From NCBI RefSeq assembly GCF_964204865.1, contig NC_135255.1, forward strand, positions 992,001 through 1,056,000: a stretch of 64,000 bases of DNA. Reading direction: 5' to 3'. A program made the translations under genes and the position numbers. Below the pieces are notes generated by a model, which was not told the origin of the DNA, searched no databases, and worked only from the letters and a program-made list of their open reading frames with translations. Positions 24,169 to 61,286 of this stretch are shown here, one piece after another; the stretch's first letter is position 1, and the number at the start of each line of letters is the position of its first letter. The stretch comes from Styela clava. Taxonomy: Eukaryota.

Positions 24169-24655
24169 TTGTGAATGAGCGACAATGTATTTGATGGTTA
24201 GAACATCGACAGAGTCGTGGTAGTTAATGAATGGCCAAGTAAAAACAAGGCAATATTTCTTTGAAATTCAAGATTTCCCGAAAATGGTCGTTTACCAACC
24301 TGGAAGATGTCCCAGAAAAATATTTATTGAAAAAGCAAAGAAGAAACGGTCACAGTTAAGAAGTAGCCTACCTTATTTAATACTATGGAAGGGGTTATTA
24401 TCTCGACCGCGAGCTATTGGCAAAAAAGTTCACAATTATTAGCTATTACTGAAGTGTATTCGCGAGTTTGCGCGTGACAACCTGAATTAAATTTTTCGAA
24501 AATCTACATTTAATTTCAAAATGCCGAAGACGCTGACATTAAGAAGTACAGAGAGCAAGACTTGCTTTCTGCAAGTGCACTAGAATCGCCCAATAGTTAG
24601 TTATTTATTAACAAGCTATGAAAGCTGCGCAACGTTTCCAACCACGCCAAAAATA

Positions 24656-24871
24656 TGGATCTTTTGCAGAAAGCACCCGCCGCTAATGCGAGATTTGAGA
24701 AAAACATCTCCACCCGTTCTAAGTATTGCTGCAAATTGCTTCCCCACGTTTTAAGCAATTGTGCGTTGGCTAACCCTGACATCGCTGAATTCCATCAATG
24801 AATAAAAATTGTAACTAGATAGTTTCTATTTGTTTTGAGAGGTGGCGAGGCTGTTTTCCGCAAAAGATCCA
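24656..24871. mobile_element. Small MITE-like element with ~30-bp imperfect inverted repeats
   Basis: tggatcttttgcagaaagcacccgcc matches the reverse complement of ggcgaggctgttttccgcaaaagatcca. Confidence 0.5.
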
Positions 24872-27552
24872 AGTAAACAAAGTGTCTGGGAGGCTTTCAG
24901 AACTTCCATTGTTAGATCATGGTTGGGTCATTGAGCATACGAAGCATAAATTTAAGTCGAAGTTTTTCGGGAAACTTTCACTATCGCGTGTCACAAAGGT
25001 CAAAATGCAGCGAAATCGAATAAGTACGGTAAATGGATATGGCAACTAAAACTGATAAAAAAACATGGCGAAAACTCTTGTCTCTTGAAAAAATGTTGTC
25101 CCTCAATATACATATTCAACATCTAAAACAAGAAACTTGTTTAATTAACTGCTTTGTACCATTTACTGCGAGCACAATGTTATAATCTTAAAATACGGAA
25201 TCGTCCGTTGGTTCATATTCACCAAAACTCTTTTGTAAACTGCAAACCATGACATCTTTCTCCCGTTAAAATCACAAAAATGAACAACATATAAGATTTC
25301 CATGTCTTCTTAGTTAGCATGTTGTAATAGAGGAAGCATTGGTAAAAATATAACATCACAAAACAGATAAAACAAAATTTCACAAGAGATATTTTACGAT
25401 CACAATTCAAGCTCAAATAAAAGTTAAAATGTCTTCTGATTTTACTTACAACCACCCATTGCAATTGGGGATCGACTCCCACTGTTTGCATTATGTCAAC
25501 CAATCATAAACCAGAAAGATGCAAAATAAATCAAAGTATTTAATTACTGTTGTTATATTTCAGTATATTCTGCATATTCCCATTCACTGATGAACATTGG
25601 TCTACAATTACTGAACAAATAAGATTCAGATTTCACATAATATTTTACAGAACCTTCTTAACTGAAGCTAAAAATACTGGTGAGGTTTTGTATGAGGATA
25701 GCTAACATATTAAAATTTGAGCATCTCTCATCTATATAAATTGCCAACGAAACAATTGAGACAACATTAATGCAATGGCAGTTTCTGATTAATCTGTAAA
25801 TTGTGAACGTTATAATAGGTAGGAAAATGGGTATACAGTACAGCATAGATACAACACAAGTCTAGAAAAGAAGGTTCACTGATTGTTCATATTCATTTAC
25901 AATCAGAACAATACAACCAATAAATATTTCAGATCTTACATCATCGGTTGAGCTAATTGAACATGTTCATTGCACAGAATGCTGCTATGAAATTAAAATA
26001 TAGCACTTTGTTCTCTGATTATTAAAGTATATAAATTCATGTCACTAATAGTAATGTTTGATATATATATTTATATACACAAGGTTGTAGCACAAATACA
26101 ATTTGAAATGTGTTAGTCGGAAAACAACACAATACACATGGTTATAGATATGTCACCACATAATCATTCCTACTGAGGGCAACAATACCATAACAAATTT
26201 ATTATTTCCTATGTGAGTTAAGAGTATGATAATTATTATTATGTGTTAAATACATACAGAACATGCAAAGATTTTGCCATCCAATGGCGTGAAAGCATTA
26301 TCTTTACCAAAGGTGCTAACTCCCTTATTCTTAGTAGCTTAGAATGAAATATTCAACTACATGTAATAGCCAGGAAAGACTGAAACCTAACATTATATCT
26401 GATAAAAATATATGAGAAATAGTTTTAGATATCTAACAAATCAGGCCATGTTAATTGAATGAAGAATATTATTAAAGTTTATGAAGATTGAATTTGATAA
26501 TGCAGGAAGATTATTATTGTCAGTCTATTCTAAGTCAGCCCGTCATATGTCAATAATTCCAAATAATACATCGCTTGTTCAAAAATTTCAGCTTTGTGTC
26601 ATTGTTTTAACATACTCCATAAAAATCCATATCACCACAAAAAACTTTCATTTCATAACTATTTCATAAAATAAATATGCACTAACGTGAAATACTGCCA
26701 CTTTCAAGCTGATATTAAAGCTTGTTGAAAGAGAATTCATTTAGTGAATTTCAATCAACAGATGATACCTAAAAACTAAGTTTTACTCGGGATATACTCA
26801 AATACAGAAGCTTGATGTGATGATGTTCAGGGAATCCGGAACAAGCAGAATGAGGATTTTAGCTTTTTTTACTACAGTAATTGCAAATAAAAGATAATGA
26901 AATCCAGTTACAGGCAACCCCTAAAATCAAGATGATGAGTGATTGTGGCCATGGATATCATAACAACGAATATGAGCACTCTGATTTGGTACTACCGGTA
27001 ACATTTTCCCCTGAGCAAACTACATAAGAAATGGCAGCCTGTCATGGAATGCAGGTAAAAATGAACAGAAAATATTGAATTAACTCTGTGTATTTGAACT
27101 AGTGTAATTTGCAAAATTTACCACAAATTTCTGAATGTTGGAATCTTGGTAAATGCAATATCCATCAATCATGATATGTTTAACAAAAACCACATAGAAA
27201 AATATATTATAAAACCCTCTCGAAAGACCTAGATAAAAGAATATCTTATCTATAATAACGAGACAAGCTACAAAATGACAGAAGAATCCTAGTAATATTG
27301 TTGTCAGGGTACCAACAACATATTCTAATAGACATGTAGACCCAACTGCATTTAAATCTAACTTATGCTTTTCTTCGGAGGCTGCTATAAAACACCCAAT
27401 GCTCATATTGAGCAGTGTATATTCTGTACTTTTCTGAAGAGATGGAGAAGCTACTTATATAGATAAATGATTTGAGCTTCAGGTTTGAGTACAGGGCTTC
27501 AGCAAAATATGACTTAATAATATGAGAGCGTGCAGCTTCATTGAGGAATCTA

Positions 27553-50617
<23,065 letters not shown>

Positions 50618-51225
50618 CTTTCTATAGTGGGATGTCAATATTCTTCACAAAAATATATGTAAAACAGTATTTCGACAGTGAGATTATATTATGGGCTTAT
50701 TATATATATTAAGTAAAATTGTCCATTCAATGTAAAACCAGAAGTTCTGAAGTGTAGTCCATTGATGAGTTTAACATAGATGCGTCCTAATACAGCAATA
50801 TCATGGTCTGAAAATGCAACAACATCTTACACATTATAAAACACAAAAACTGCTATTTTTCTCTGGTCTCTGATGGTTTTATGCAAAATACTGAAATAAC
50901 CAAAAATTAGATCAGTTGATTCTTTTATTCAGAAAAAAAGTAAATTGCAGGCTTATTGTATATAACCTCTCATATGTTGAAATGGCCCTATTTTCATTCA
51001 AAACATATTACAGTATTACGCTACTTTAAGCATGTAAGCTGTGACAATATCCTGATATCAGTATTTTTTCACTTTGCTTTTTTGACTAGGGACCAATATC
51101 TTGCTTCTAGCCAAACAGGAACATAATCATGGAAGTAAAATAGTCATGTTCTTCATACTGTAATAAATTTACAATTTTACAGCGCTCAAAACGTAATAAA
51201 TATCCATATAGGCTACCTACTTCGG

Positions 51226-51660
51226 GTCTAGTATAGTTTAGTACCACAAGTACATCCAGTGGGCGTAGCACAACGATTTTTGCATATGTTATTCCTAACC
51301 CTCAACTGACTATGCCATCCAAAAATTACGTCACCATCTCGTCATAGGGATTGTCAAAGTATAATTACGATCGCCCGAAATGGCATCTGCGCCGCCGATA
51401 ACAAATTTGCTAAAGCCGGCGATCTCACTCCTATCGTGATCGTTGCGACGAGAAAAATAGCTTGCTCGATTTCGGGTGATCGTCTACGCGGTTTGGACGA
51501 CCATCCGCATACTTCGGTGGGCCTTATTACGCCACTGTGACGTTGGAATGACGTAATTTTTCGGTGCCGTAGTCAGGTGGGGGTTAGGATTGACATATGC
51601 AAAAATTGTTGAGCCAGGCCAACTTGAAGTGGATGTGGTAGGTACTAAACTATACCAGAC
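51226..51660. mobile_element. Foldback/MITE with ~110-bp imperfect inverted arms
   Basis: gtctagtatagtttagtacc...tttttgcatatg...cctaaccc...aattacgtca is mirrored by tgacgtaatt...gggttagg...catatgcaaaaa...ggtactaaactataccagac. Confidence 0.75.
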
Positions 51661-52447
51661 GGCTAATTCTGTACTTGTACCGGGTATACTGATACGGTAT
51701 ACCGTCAGCGCGCAATGGTCTATAGACTATCAGTGCCTCCCAACTCTGTAACTGCCTAACCTTTTTCAGTTTGTCACCCACCCCTGCACTTGTACCTATA
51801 TACAATGATACGGTAGTCATCAGGCAGAGACTGATGGTGAACATTTCAAGCATATCTGCATATGGAGAAATGAAACTCGACTGGTTAACAAGACAAATAT
51901 AAGACCTATAATTACAACTTGATTCAAAAATGTATTTATCGACGTACCGTTACCGGCAACGTGGTCATACCATTACTACATAATTAAACATCAATAAGTT
52001 CTATTGAAAAACGTTTTAGCAGTTTACAGGCTCCGGAGTACAGGCGACTCCCTCGTTTTATGAGTCTGATCAGTTTGGTAAAATTATCGGCACGACTTCG
52101 CCGCCAGTGGAAATCATTGAGGCATCATATGTTTCTGGGATTGGTGTATGTTTCTGGGATTGGTGTTAGGTCAGGTCGGGTCGATGAAAAAATAGACATA
52201 GAGAGAGAGAGAGATTTATTATATTGTTACCCAAAAAATACAGTCATCAATGCAGTAAAAAAGTAGAAACAATAGAATTGCTTTGGCATGGACCGGAGAG
52301 AGCGATACGACTATACGGTCATCAAGGTCAACTTCCACCAACAGTCAGAAAAAGAAGCGGACGAGACCCTTCTAAACTAATTCCTATAGGATAGTACGCA
52401 GTATTGGCACCGGTAAAGATTTCTGGACTCTTCTCTGCCGTATGGTG

Positions 52448-52936
52448 GTTTACGTAACTGCTACCAGGTTACGGCTTCCTTCACCATCGGGGCCATGTAT
52501 CTGAAACAAATAACTGGCCAACTGATCTCATACGGGTACCCGACATTGACAGGTAACCAAACGGGAGAGAGGGAGAGAATTTATCATTCGGTCAACGAGA
52601 AAATACATACGTTTACGTAACTGCTACCCGGTTACGGCTTCCTCCACCATCGGGGCCATGTATCTGAAACAAATAACTGGCCAACTGATCTCATACGGGT
52701 ACCCGACATTAACAGGTAACCAAACGGGAGAGAGGGAGAGAATTTATCATTCCGTCAACGAGAAAATACATACGTTTATGTAATTGCTACCAGGTTAAGG
52801 CTTCCTCCGCCATCGGGGCCATGTATCTGAAACAAATAACTGGCCAACTGATCTCATACGGGTACCCGACATTGACAGGTAACCAAACAGGAGAGAGGAA
52901 GAGAATTTATCATTCCGTCAACGAGAAAATACATAC
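52448..52936 (+). repeat. 163-bp tandem repeat x3 derived from a SINE body
   Basis: Near-identical units start at 52448, 52611 and 52774. They share ggttacggcttcctccaccat...ctgaaacaaa...tacccgac...ggtaacc with the adjacent SINE. Confidence 0.9.
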
Positions 52937-52938
52937 AT

Positions 52939-53295
52939 GGCGCAGCGGTGTGGCTCAACGGGCTAAAGCGTTAGGAATACGCTCGCCACCGCACCTCTAA
53001 TTACTCTGCGTGGGTTCGCAGGTTCGATTCCCATGCAGGGATGGTTATGTGCGAGAGGATCCTCGCCGTCGTTGGGTGGTTCACGTAACCGCTGGTCGGT
53101 TACGGCTTCCTCCACCACCAAGTCCATGCTTCTGAAAACAAACAATATAACTTATCCCATACCCGACTTGGAATGGTAACCGGACGAGAGGCCGTGGTTC
53201 GCCATATGGATAAGCCGTCTTATCGGCTTTCCTCTCCCCCGGGATAAATATGTAAATCCTATCCTAATACAAAAATAATAATAATAACATAATAA
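52939..53295 (+). mobile_element. Full-length tRNA-derived SINE
   Basis: Pol III A box tggctcaacgg (52951), B box ggttcgattcc (53021), and 3' tail tcctatccta followed by (AAT)n. Confidence 0.8.
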
Positions 53296-53699
53296 GTAAA
53301 TCAAAAGTTTTCGGTATGACTGGGTGGTAACGATACGACCATTTAAAGTCATCTGAGTCAGTTACAACTGAGACGACAACGTCTATAACTCTGTTTTATT
53401 CGGTATGCCCATATTTATTCTTACCACTTGAGTCACTAGTGAGCAGCTGAGTAACGCCAAAGTGGCTATAACAAAGTGACGTTCAATTTTCTTGTGGATA
53501 GTGGTGCGATGACTACTCTGATCGACATTTCCATCTTTGAGGCTATAGGTGGGAAGGAAGCACAATTGGCACCGCTCGAAGAATCTCTTGTTGCAGTGGG
53601 TGGGCATGATTTTTTATCACTGGGTACATTGGAGGTTGATTTGTCTATTGATTTTTTTGTATCACGACGCACTGTGATTGTCGCCAACTTAGGTATGAC

Positions 53700-54339
53700 T
53701 AGGCTTACCATACGTCCCGCTTTTTAGCGTCTTGTCCCGCCGTCCTGACAAGTCAGCTAATTGTCCCGCTTATGCGTTCAGCCAACCAGCATAATACAGT
53801 ACACGAACATGTTCTCATTACTGTTGTGGCTGCGAAGCGCAACGCTAGCCTATACTAATTGAAGGCGAATGCGTTATTTTGTTTGTTTCGTTGTTTCCCG
53901 CTAACATTGTTAGCTAACGTATCACATGTAAAATCAATTCTTATTGGTCCTGTTCGGACGTTCACGTGAATGTAACATTGAGCAACTTCTTTTTGAAAGT
54001 GTTATCTACAGGAAAGCATGCTTGGGCGAATAAGTAAATTCTCAATGCTTGAAAACGGCAGACTATATTTCATTATTCTTTATTCCTTTTGCTGTACAAA
54101 AAAATCTAAATTCGGATCATTTGTATCGTTAGCGTCTATTTTTCGAACTGAACCCGAAATTTCGACAGAGAATATGCGCATGAACTCTCGATGACAATAT
54201 AGTCAATGAAGACAGCCGGGATGACTTTAAATGTAGGCCTATGTAGTAAAATCGGAACTGTAAAGTTACAGGATCACAGCTAAGGGGTCGTGTCTTTGGA
54301 GGCGTCCCGCTTTGAAGTCAAAAAAATATGATAACCCCA
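53700..54339. mobile_element. Blackjack-like hAT MITE inserted in the Gypsy protease region
   Basis: TIR taggcttaccata / tatgataacccca, TSD GGTATGAC, gtcccg repeats. Confidence 0.88.
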
Positions 54340-55934
54340 GGTATGACTATCTCCGAGAACATGATTGCGTTCTTTACTTATCATCTAGACTAGACACATG
54401 ATGATAGAGGGTCATGGAATCAAACTGTTTACTGAAAAGTCTGTACCGTGTTGCCGTGTAACTGTTCCGGAAGATGTTACGATACCGCCATATTCTAAGG
54501 TTGTTATCCCTGCACAACTTAGTCGCCCATGGCCGAAAAGCAATTTGTCTGATGTCTGGATTATGGAAGGTCCACTGTTCCGATTCTAGCGGTCAACCAG
54601 AAAGGCAGACAACTTAAGATCAGAGCTGGATCTTTGCTGGGTATTGCACACTCTCGACTAGTAGCTCAGATTCAAGTCGACGAATCCGAAGGGGTTGTAG
54701 CTTCTGAATTACCAGAGTATCTACATGACATGGTCAATTCCGTTGAAGATCTATCCCCGAGTCAACGTGAACAATTGGTCAATTTGATTTGTGAATGGTG
54801 AACTTGGCCGTACTTCAGCAGCAAAGCATAGGATCATCACAACAACACCACATACGATTCGGCAGGCTTCTCGTCGAATTGGGGTGGGCACGTGGGAAGA
54901 TGGCCGAAGAAGCTGTTGATAGTATGCTGGCTCAAGGTGTCATTGAACCAAGTGATTCCCCATATTCTTCTCCCATTGTCTTAGTTCCTAAGAAAGATGG
55001 TTCTACCAGATTTTGCGAGTATTTCAGATTGCTCAATGACGTCACTTGCAAAGATGCATATCCCTTGCCGCGTATTGAGGATATCATTGAGTCCTTAAAC
55101 ACTCTCTAATCTTCGGGAAGTTTTCATAAGACTTCGCCGTGCCGGTATACTCTTGAAATTCCGAAATTAAAACTTTTCCGTCGAAGCACCTCTTATCTTG
55201 GTTATGTTATTTCATCTGAAGATGTCTGTTGCGACCCTGGAAATGTTGCGGCTATCAAAGAATTGAAAACGCCAAATTCTGTCAGCGATATTCGCAGTTT
55301 TCTTGGCACAGCGAACTACTACCGGATGTTTGTTCAAGACTATTCAACAATTCCCGGACCTCTTATTCGATTGAACAGGAAGAATATTGCCTTTGTATGG
55401 AGTACTCAATGTCAAAAGGCTTTTGAAACTCTGAAACACTGTCTGACATCAGCCCCAATTCTCAGTTTTTCTAGAACAATCGGCGAGTTCATATTGGATA
55501 CCGATGCTAGTGGTTTTGGAATCGGTTTCTTATGCCAGCAAGACTATGTCCCAGTCTCAACGTAGATACTGCGCTACACACCGGGAACTATTAGCCGTGG
55601 TGTGGGCTGTTCGTCATTTTAGCCATTTTCTTTTATAATTCGCACAGACCATGCTGCTCTCAAATGGCTGATCAATTTTCGTGAACCACAAGGGATGTTA
55701 GCAAGATGAATATTAACCCTTGGCGCTTATGACTTCAAGATTGAATACAGACCTGGAGTGAAACATGACAATGCTGACAACAAGACAGTTCCGATTGTAA
55801 TTGGCTAGATCAGGCGTCTCAAACTTGCGGCCCGCAGGACGATAATTTGCGGCCCCCACCTTGGTATGAAAGTTTAATGTTAGTGCGGCCCGGCCCAAGT
55901 CACTCAGCTCAGTTAGAACAATTGATGCATTTAA

Positions 55935-58799
55935 CAGTGGCGGCGCGTCAATAGAGCCAACCGGGGCAATGCCCCAGTTGTTTTTTCGGTATAATAAAAA
56001 ATATTCGAAAAATACCTCAATATCGGTTGCACAGACTGTCTACACTAGCCATATTCTCCCGACATGGTTCATTTTTCGCTCGCAAAGCCTTCGCCGAACG
56101 TCGACGGGGCGACGCCGATTTTGCCCCGGTTGCTCATTGTATATCGTATTCTCTCTTTTATCTTCCACTCGCCGCGTTTGTCTCGTTTGTTTTCTGTTTC
56201 TTTTACTAAATCATCGGGGCTAGCCCCGAAATTATGACGACACAACGTTTCTTACAACAACGTGTTGACATATTCACGCATTCCTTCTCGTTCGTTGGTT
56301 GCTTGAAGAGTTGAAAGTTTCCTCGCCTTCGTTTTTGTCGCTTGTTTCGCTATTTGAATCAGTTAGAGACCTTTAGTCCATTTGCTTTCAATTTTCCACA
56401 TTCCTTTTGAGCTCCTCACTTCTTTCCGGCTTCGCATTTCTTAGCCTTAGACCTCATAATGAATAAGGTTGATGCACTACTTCGCACTCCGTTTTCGCAG
56501 CTGCCGCTGGAACAAAAATTAGAGGTACAACGTCTTGGGCCGCGCAACCAAAAAAATGTTCACTGGAACAATCCCATGACGGAGGAAAGCGTCGGCGTAC
56601 ATTCTGCGCAGAAACTTGGTATAAAAAACACGAATGGTTGTGTTACAGCGAGGACAAAAAGGCACTTTTTTGTTTTTATTGCCTACTTTTTGCTACCGCC
56701 CGTGACTCACGTTGGTGTAAATTTGGTTTTAGAGATCTTCAACATCTTTCCGAGCGTGCCAGGGATCATCAATCTTCTATGGAGCATCTGAACAATGCAG
56801 TAAAATACCGAACATTCGGAAATGTTAATATTGCAGCACAGTTGGATGAAGGACGCGCGGTTTCTATTCGTCGGCACAACCAAAACGTCGAGAAAAACCG
56901 CCATGTTCTCGGTCGATTGATAGATGTTTTTGAAGTTCATTGGTTGTCACGAGCTGTCCCTCCGTGGGCACGATGACCGGGCTGGCTCTTCTAATAGAGG
57001 GTATTTTTGGATATGGTGGAATACACCGCATCCCCAGATACAGTATTGAGCGATCATCTTGATGCCTGCCGCAACTGTTTCGAAAGGGATATCTAAGGAT
57101 ATCCAAAATGATTTGCTCGACTCAATGTATAAAATTTATTTACAACATTTGGCTCTGGAAATTGAGAATTGCCAGTTCCTTTCGATTCAGTCTGACGAGA
57201 CAACTGACATCACGTGCGTTTCCCAACTGGCTGTGATTTTTCGGTTTGTGAAAGATGGTAAACCTACCGAGAGATTTCACAGCTTTGTACCAATCGTTGA
57301 TCGCACGGCTTGCGGGATATCGGCTGTACTGAAAGAAGTGTTACAGCCTTACAACGCGAAGTCAAAATTGATAGCTCAAACTTATGACGGCGCGGCAGTC
57401 ATGAGTGGGTCGAAACATGGTGTTCAAGTTTATATAAAAGAAGATTTTCCTCATGCGCATTTTTTACATTGTTATGCACACCAATTTAACCTCGTTATTA
57501 AAAATATGTGTCTTGATACCCCTCTCGTCCGTATATTTTTTGCAAATGTTTCGGGGTTTTCTTCATTTTTTTCCGTTTCGCCGAAGCGCTCTGACCTCCT
57601 TCGCCAGATATGTAGCCGCCGTCTCCCAGCTTGTGCACCAACACGTTGGAACTTCCAATCACGCGTGGTGCAGGGCGTGTCCGAAATTAGGTCTGAGCTC
57701 ATTGAGTGTTTCAATGGCATTCAGAGCTCTCCGGTTTGGGACGAACGCTCTGTGAGGGAGGCGGCAGGTCTAAAGCGTCTGCTAGAAGATGGTGAGTTTT
57801 CATTTTTCTTTACGCCGCGGGCAAACAACGCAGCGTTTGATTTTGTCTGCAAAGGAATGCTGTGACATTCTGGTGAATCAAATAGGCGATCGGTCTGCGC
57901 ACTGAACACCTTGCCGCGTTCTCTTTGATGAACCCCAAAAATTTTTCAAAATTTGCACGTCAATTTCCCATCCATTTGTTGGCTACTGTCTCCAAATTTT
58001 ACCCCATGATAAACGTGGGTAAATTGGAAAATGAATTGCGATGTATATACACCAATCAAACTTTTTTGAACATCACATCAACTTGCGCGCTCTATGGGTT
58101 CCTCATAGATAACACTCTAGTAACTACCTTTGCGGCGTCTGCAAAATTTCTGGACATCATTTTGACGACGCCTATTTCTTCTGCCGACGCAGAGCGAACA
58201 TTCAGCACGCTGAAGCGTATTAAAACGCATCTCAGAAACACAATGAAGCAAGATAGATTAAATTCCTTGGCTGTTTTATCCATTCACAGAGACGTTATTT
58301 CTGGGATGCATGACTTTAATCAGCGCGTTATTGAGCATTTTGCTTCCAAGAAACAGCGGCGTGTTGCATATATGTTCAAGCAGTAGAAGTCTAGCAGCAT
58401 ATATATCTATGAGTGAGCGACACATGTCCTTATCTTTGCATTAACGTTCCTTTCTTCATAGTAACGTTTTAAACCTTATTTTAGGTTTTGTCTGCTTTCC
58501 CGAAGTTTCTGTTAATATGTCATTGTATTTATCTGGGTAAATATTGCCTTCCCTTTTGAAAGAGGTTTCAAAATAAACTATGTCTATATTTATTAATCCC
58601 TTGACTTGGACCGGTTTTAAAGACACTTTCTTATCGTTAAAAATTGTCGCTTTTGCCGATTGGTTGTTACCGATGGAATGGTTTTTATACTCATAAAATG
58701 ATGGGAGAACTTACAGCGCTCATCCTGTCCCCGTAGATGGGGTGACTTGGTCCCACAGCAGCTTGCCCCGGTTGTCAAAATGACCACGCGCCACCACTG
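55935..58799 (+). mobile_element. hAT DNA transposon (Tip100/ZMYM1-like), copy 2
   Basis: TIR cagtggcggcgcgt / acgcgccaccactg, TSD GCATTTAA, near-identical to 14803-19110. Confidence 0.95.
56459..58386 (+). pseudogene. Frameshifted and internally deleted ZMYM1-like hAT transposase
   Basis: SDETTD, QTYDGAAVMSG, HCYAHQFNL, PTRWN and ERTFSTLKRIK, split over ORFs starting at 56459, 56638, 57059 and 57925. Confidence 0.88.
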
Positions 58800-61089
58800 G
58801 CATTTAATATATGATCAGGACAAGTAAAGCAAAACAAAATATTTTATAATCTATCCCCCGAAAGGAATATGCGGTACGGTAACCTACTAGTACTGTACCT
58901 GTAGGCATGATATTCGATGGACCTCTGACCCCGAAGAAAATTTTCTTATACTTTACCATTGCAAATTCTTGGTGCATAATTATTTTAGAGGTGGCTTCGC
59001 GAGTTGAAGCCTATAAACTGCGGGGTATATGTTTCACGTCATCATTTTGATTCAAAACATTTAACAACCTGTTTTTCAACAGTACCAGTAGAGAAGTTTA
59101 GCCTAGTCTATCACAGCTATTTCTAGACTAATTTTTGACTACGACAATTAAGCTACGACGCCCAAGCAATCAGAATGATCATTAAGTTCTTTGATCCATA
59201 CTTGAATTTCTGAAACACAACCCAAAACTAACAAATAGCATGCAGAAACCAGGTACCGGTAATGTTTACAAACATGCCTGAAAATCTTCCTGATTGACAA
59301 GTGTCTGAGCGTTTGCGAAAGTCTATTGTTACGTCACTTTTTGTGTCTTGCTGATTAGCCAATGTTACGGAATAAAAAAGGAAGTAGATGCTCGGGGGAA
59401 TGTCCATCGCGGAATTACTTACATTTATATTTTTTACATGTTTTGCGTATAAAAAAAACAGAGGAAAATATTTAACTTTTTAAGTTTAATGCTTTTATTG
59501 TGAAAAACCTGATGCGGCCCGGACTCACTAAGACTCCGTCTCGGCGGCCCTCGGGTAAATTGAGTTTGAGACCCCTGGACTAGATGCACACACAGATGAG
59601 CAAATTAAAAATCAAAATCAAAGTAAAGATCCTGATATTTCTGCTGTTTTGAAATGGAAACAAATTTCAGTTCTCAAACCTGACATTCAAGAATACATGC
59701 CTGAATCAACAGTGACCAAACGTTTGATTTCGCAATCGGATTTGATTTTTGTAGATATACTATGTAAATGTAAGTGGTACCATGCATAAAGAGTAAACAA
59801 ACATGCACTGAGTAATAAATGTTGAATCTCGGTTTGACAAAGAAGAATACAGTGAATATTATTCCACAAAATGCGATAGTAAAATATTTTATAGTTTCAC
59901 AAATCAAAAATCTAGCTAGGTTTAAAAAAATTTAATCGATGAAAATATACACATATTTTCTTGCAAATTGTTGGCCAGTATGGGTGGACATGTCCATGAA
60001 ACAAATATGTGCAGAGTATGATATCAATTATCAGGCACTAGTCATACCTGTAAATCCAATAAAACAATACGCAGATAACAAGTTAAAAATAGACTATTAG
60101 ACACATATCCACAACAGTATCCCATTCGAAATAGAACTTCTGCCTTTATAAGAAATATTTGGAAATGAACTCAAATTTAAATGAGAAGTCATTACAATTC
60201 TAGTGCCTATGAATTTGATTAAATTTTGAATTTGTTCGAGAAAAAAAAATGCTCCTTAATTAACAGCAGAGCGATATGAATGCACAGTACTACATTCGGT
60301 AAAATACCGATTCAAGATTTCGTCTGCTGACAAAAAAAAATGATAGCAATTCGTTCAATCTCTTTGGACATACCAATCCAAAAGACAGTTTCACAAACAC
60401 GGCGGATCATGCTTGCATAACCTAAATAAGAAAAATGATTTTGTTCCTATATTTCATTACGCATAGATTTTGGAATCTATATTCGTTCACCTTTCAAAAT
60501 AATATTATCTTGATGACATAATGTATCTCTTATCGAAAAATAGGGTTTCACACAATCGGGTAAGTTATTCTTATGCTCGGGTCATCCATGTTTAATATAT
60601 CTCAGTAACTTCATCGATTCGTCATATTTCATCATAGCTTGCTTTAGATCTTCAATTCTTTCATCTGGAATTTGCTCTTAAGGCCGGGGTGCACAACCTG
60701 CGGCCGCATTGGGTCGTCGAGGGCAAAATGCGCGGCCGTGCTGATGTGTGTGTTTTACTGCAAAATAAGGTATGTTCGTGTTTTATATTGGCGGTGGACT
60801 GTTACGTCTTTAACGGAAAATAAACTAGAATCGAGAATATAAAAAGTAACAATTGTAAACATTGCTCCATATCACCTTTCTTCAGCAAAAGTTACGGTGT
60901 ATTCTATTCATGTTGTTAATATTTTTTGACACCATTTTTAGAGTCTTAATATTCACTCTTTTATTTTCAGTCGGAATTTTTTGGTGGCCAATTCACCCTT
61001 TTAATTATATATATTTTGTGTCTCTATGCCGATGACGGCAAAATAACGATTTTTTATCGTTAACGTCAATTCCTTGATATATATTTTTC

Positions 61090-61286
61090 GAACTGAACCC
61101 GATATTTGGACAGAGAATATGCGCATGAATTCTCGATGACAATATGGTCAATGAAAACAGCCGGGATAGCTTCAAATGTGGGCCTATGTTGTGGATTCGG
61201 AAAATGCAAAGTTTCAAAATCACAGCTAAAAGATCGTTGTCTTTAGAGGCGTCCCACTTTGAAGTCACAAAAATATGGTAACCCTA
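61090..61286. mobile_element. 3' portion of a Blackjack-like MITE of the same family as 53700-54339
   Basis: Matches 54140-54339 and ends in tatggtaacccta. A Charlie-like left end (ggggtgcacaacctgcggccgc) lies upstream at ~60685. Confidence 0.7.

Larger units (their letters stand above)
55811..59577. mobile_element. Charlie/Buster-type hAT MITE hosting hAT copy 2
   Basis: TIR caggcgtctcaaact / agtttgagacccctg with TSD GGCTAGAT/GACTAGAT. Confidence 0.85.
53440..59700 (+). pseudogene. Degraded Gypsy pol (protease, RT, RNase H, integrase-proximal region) interrupted by nested hAT elements
   Basis: FLVDSGA; IEPSDSPYSSPIVLVPKKDGSTRFC...DAYPLPRIED; FILDTDASGFGIG; RELLAVVWAVRHF; RTDHAALKWL. Resumes after 59586 (QSKDPDISAVLKWK). 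Confidence 0.85.

Noticed and set aside
52939-53040. tRNA gene
   Set aside because: A and B boxes are present but there is no cloverleaf or oligo-T terminator, and it continues into a SINE body found elsewhere in the window.
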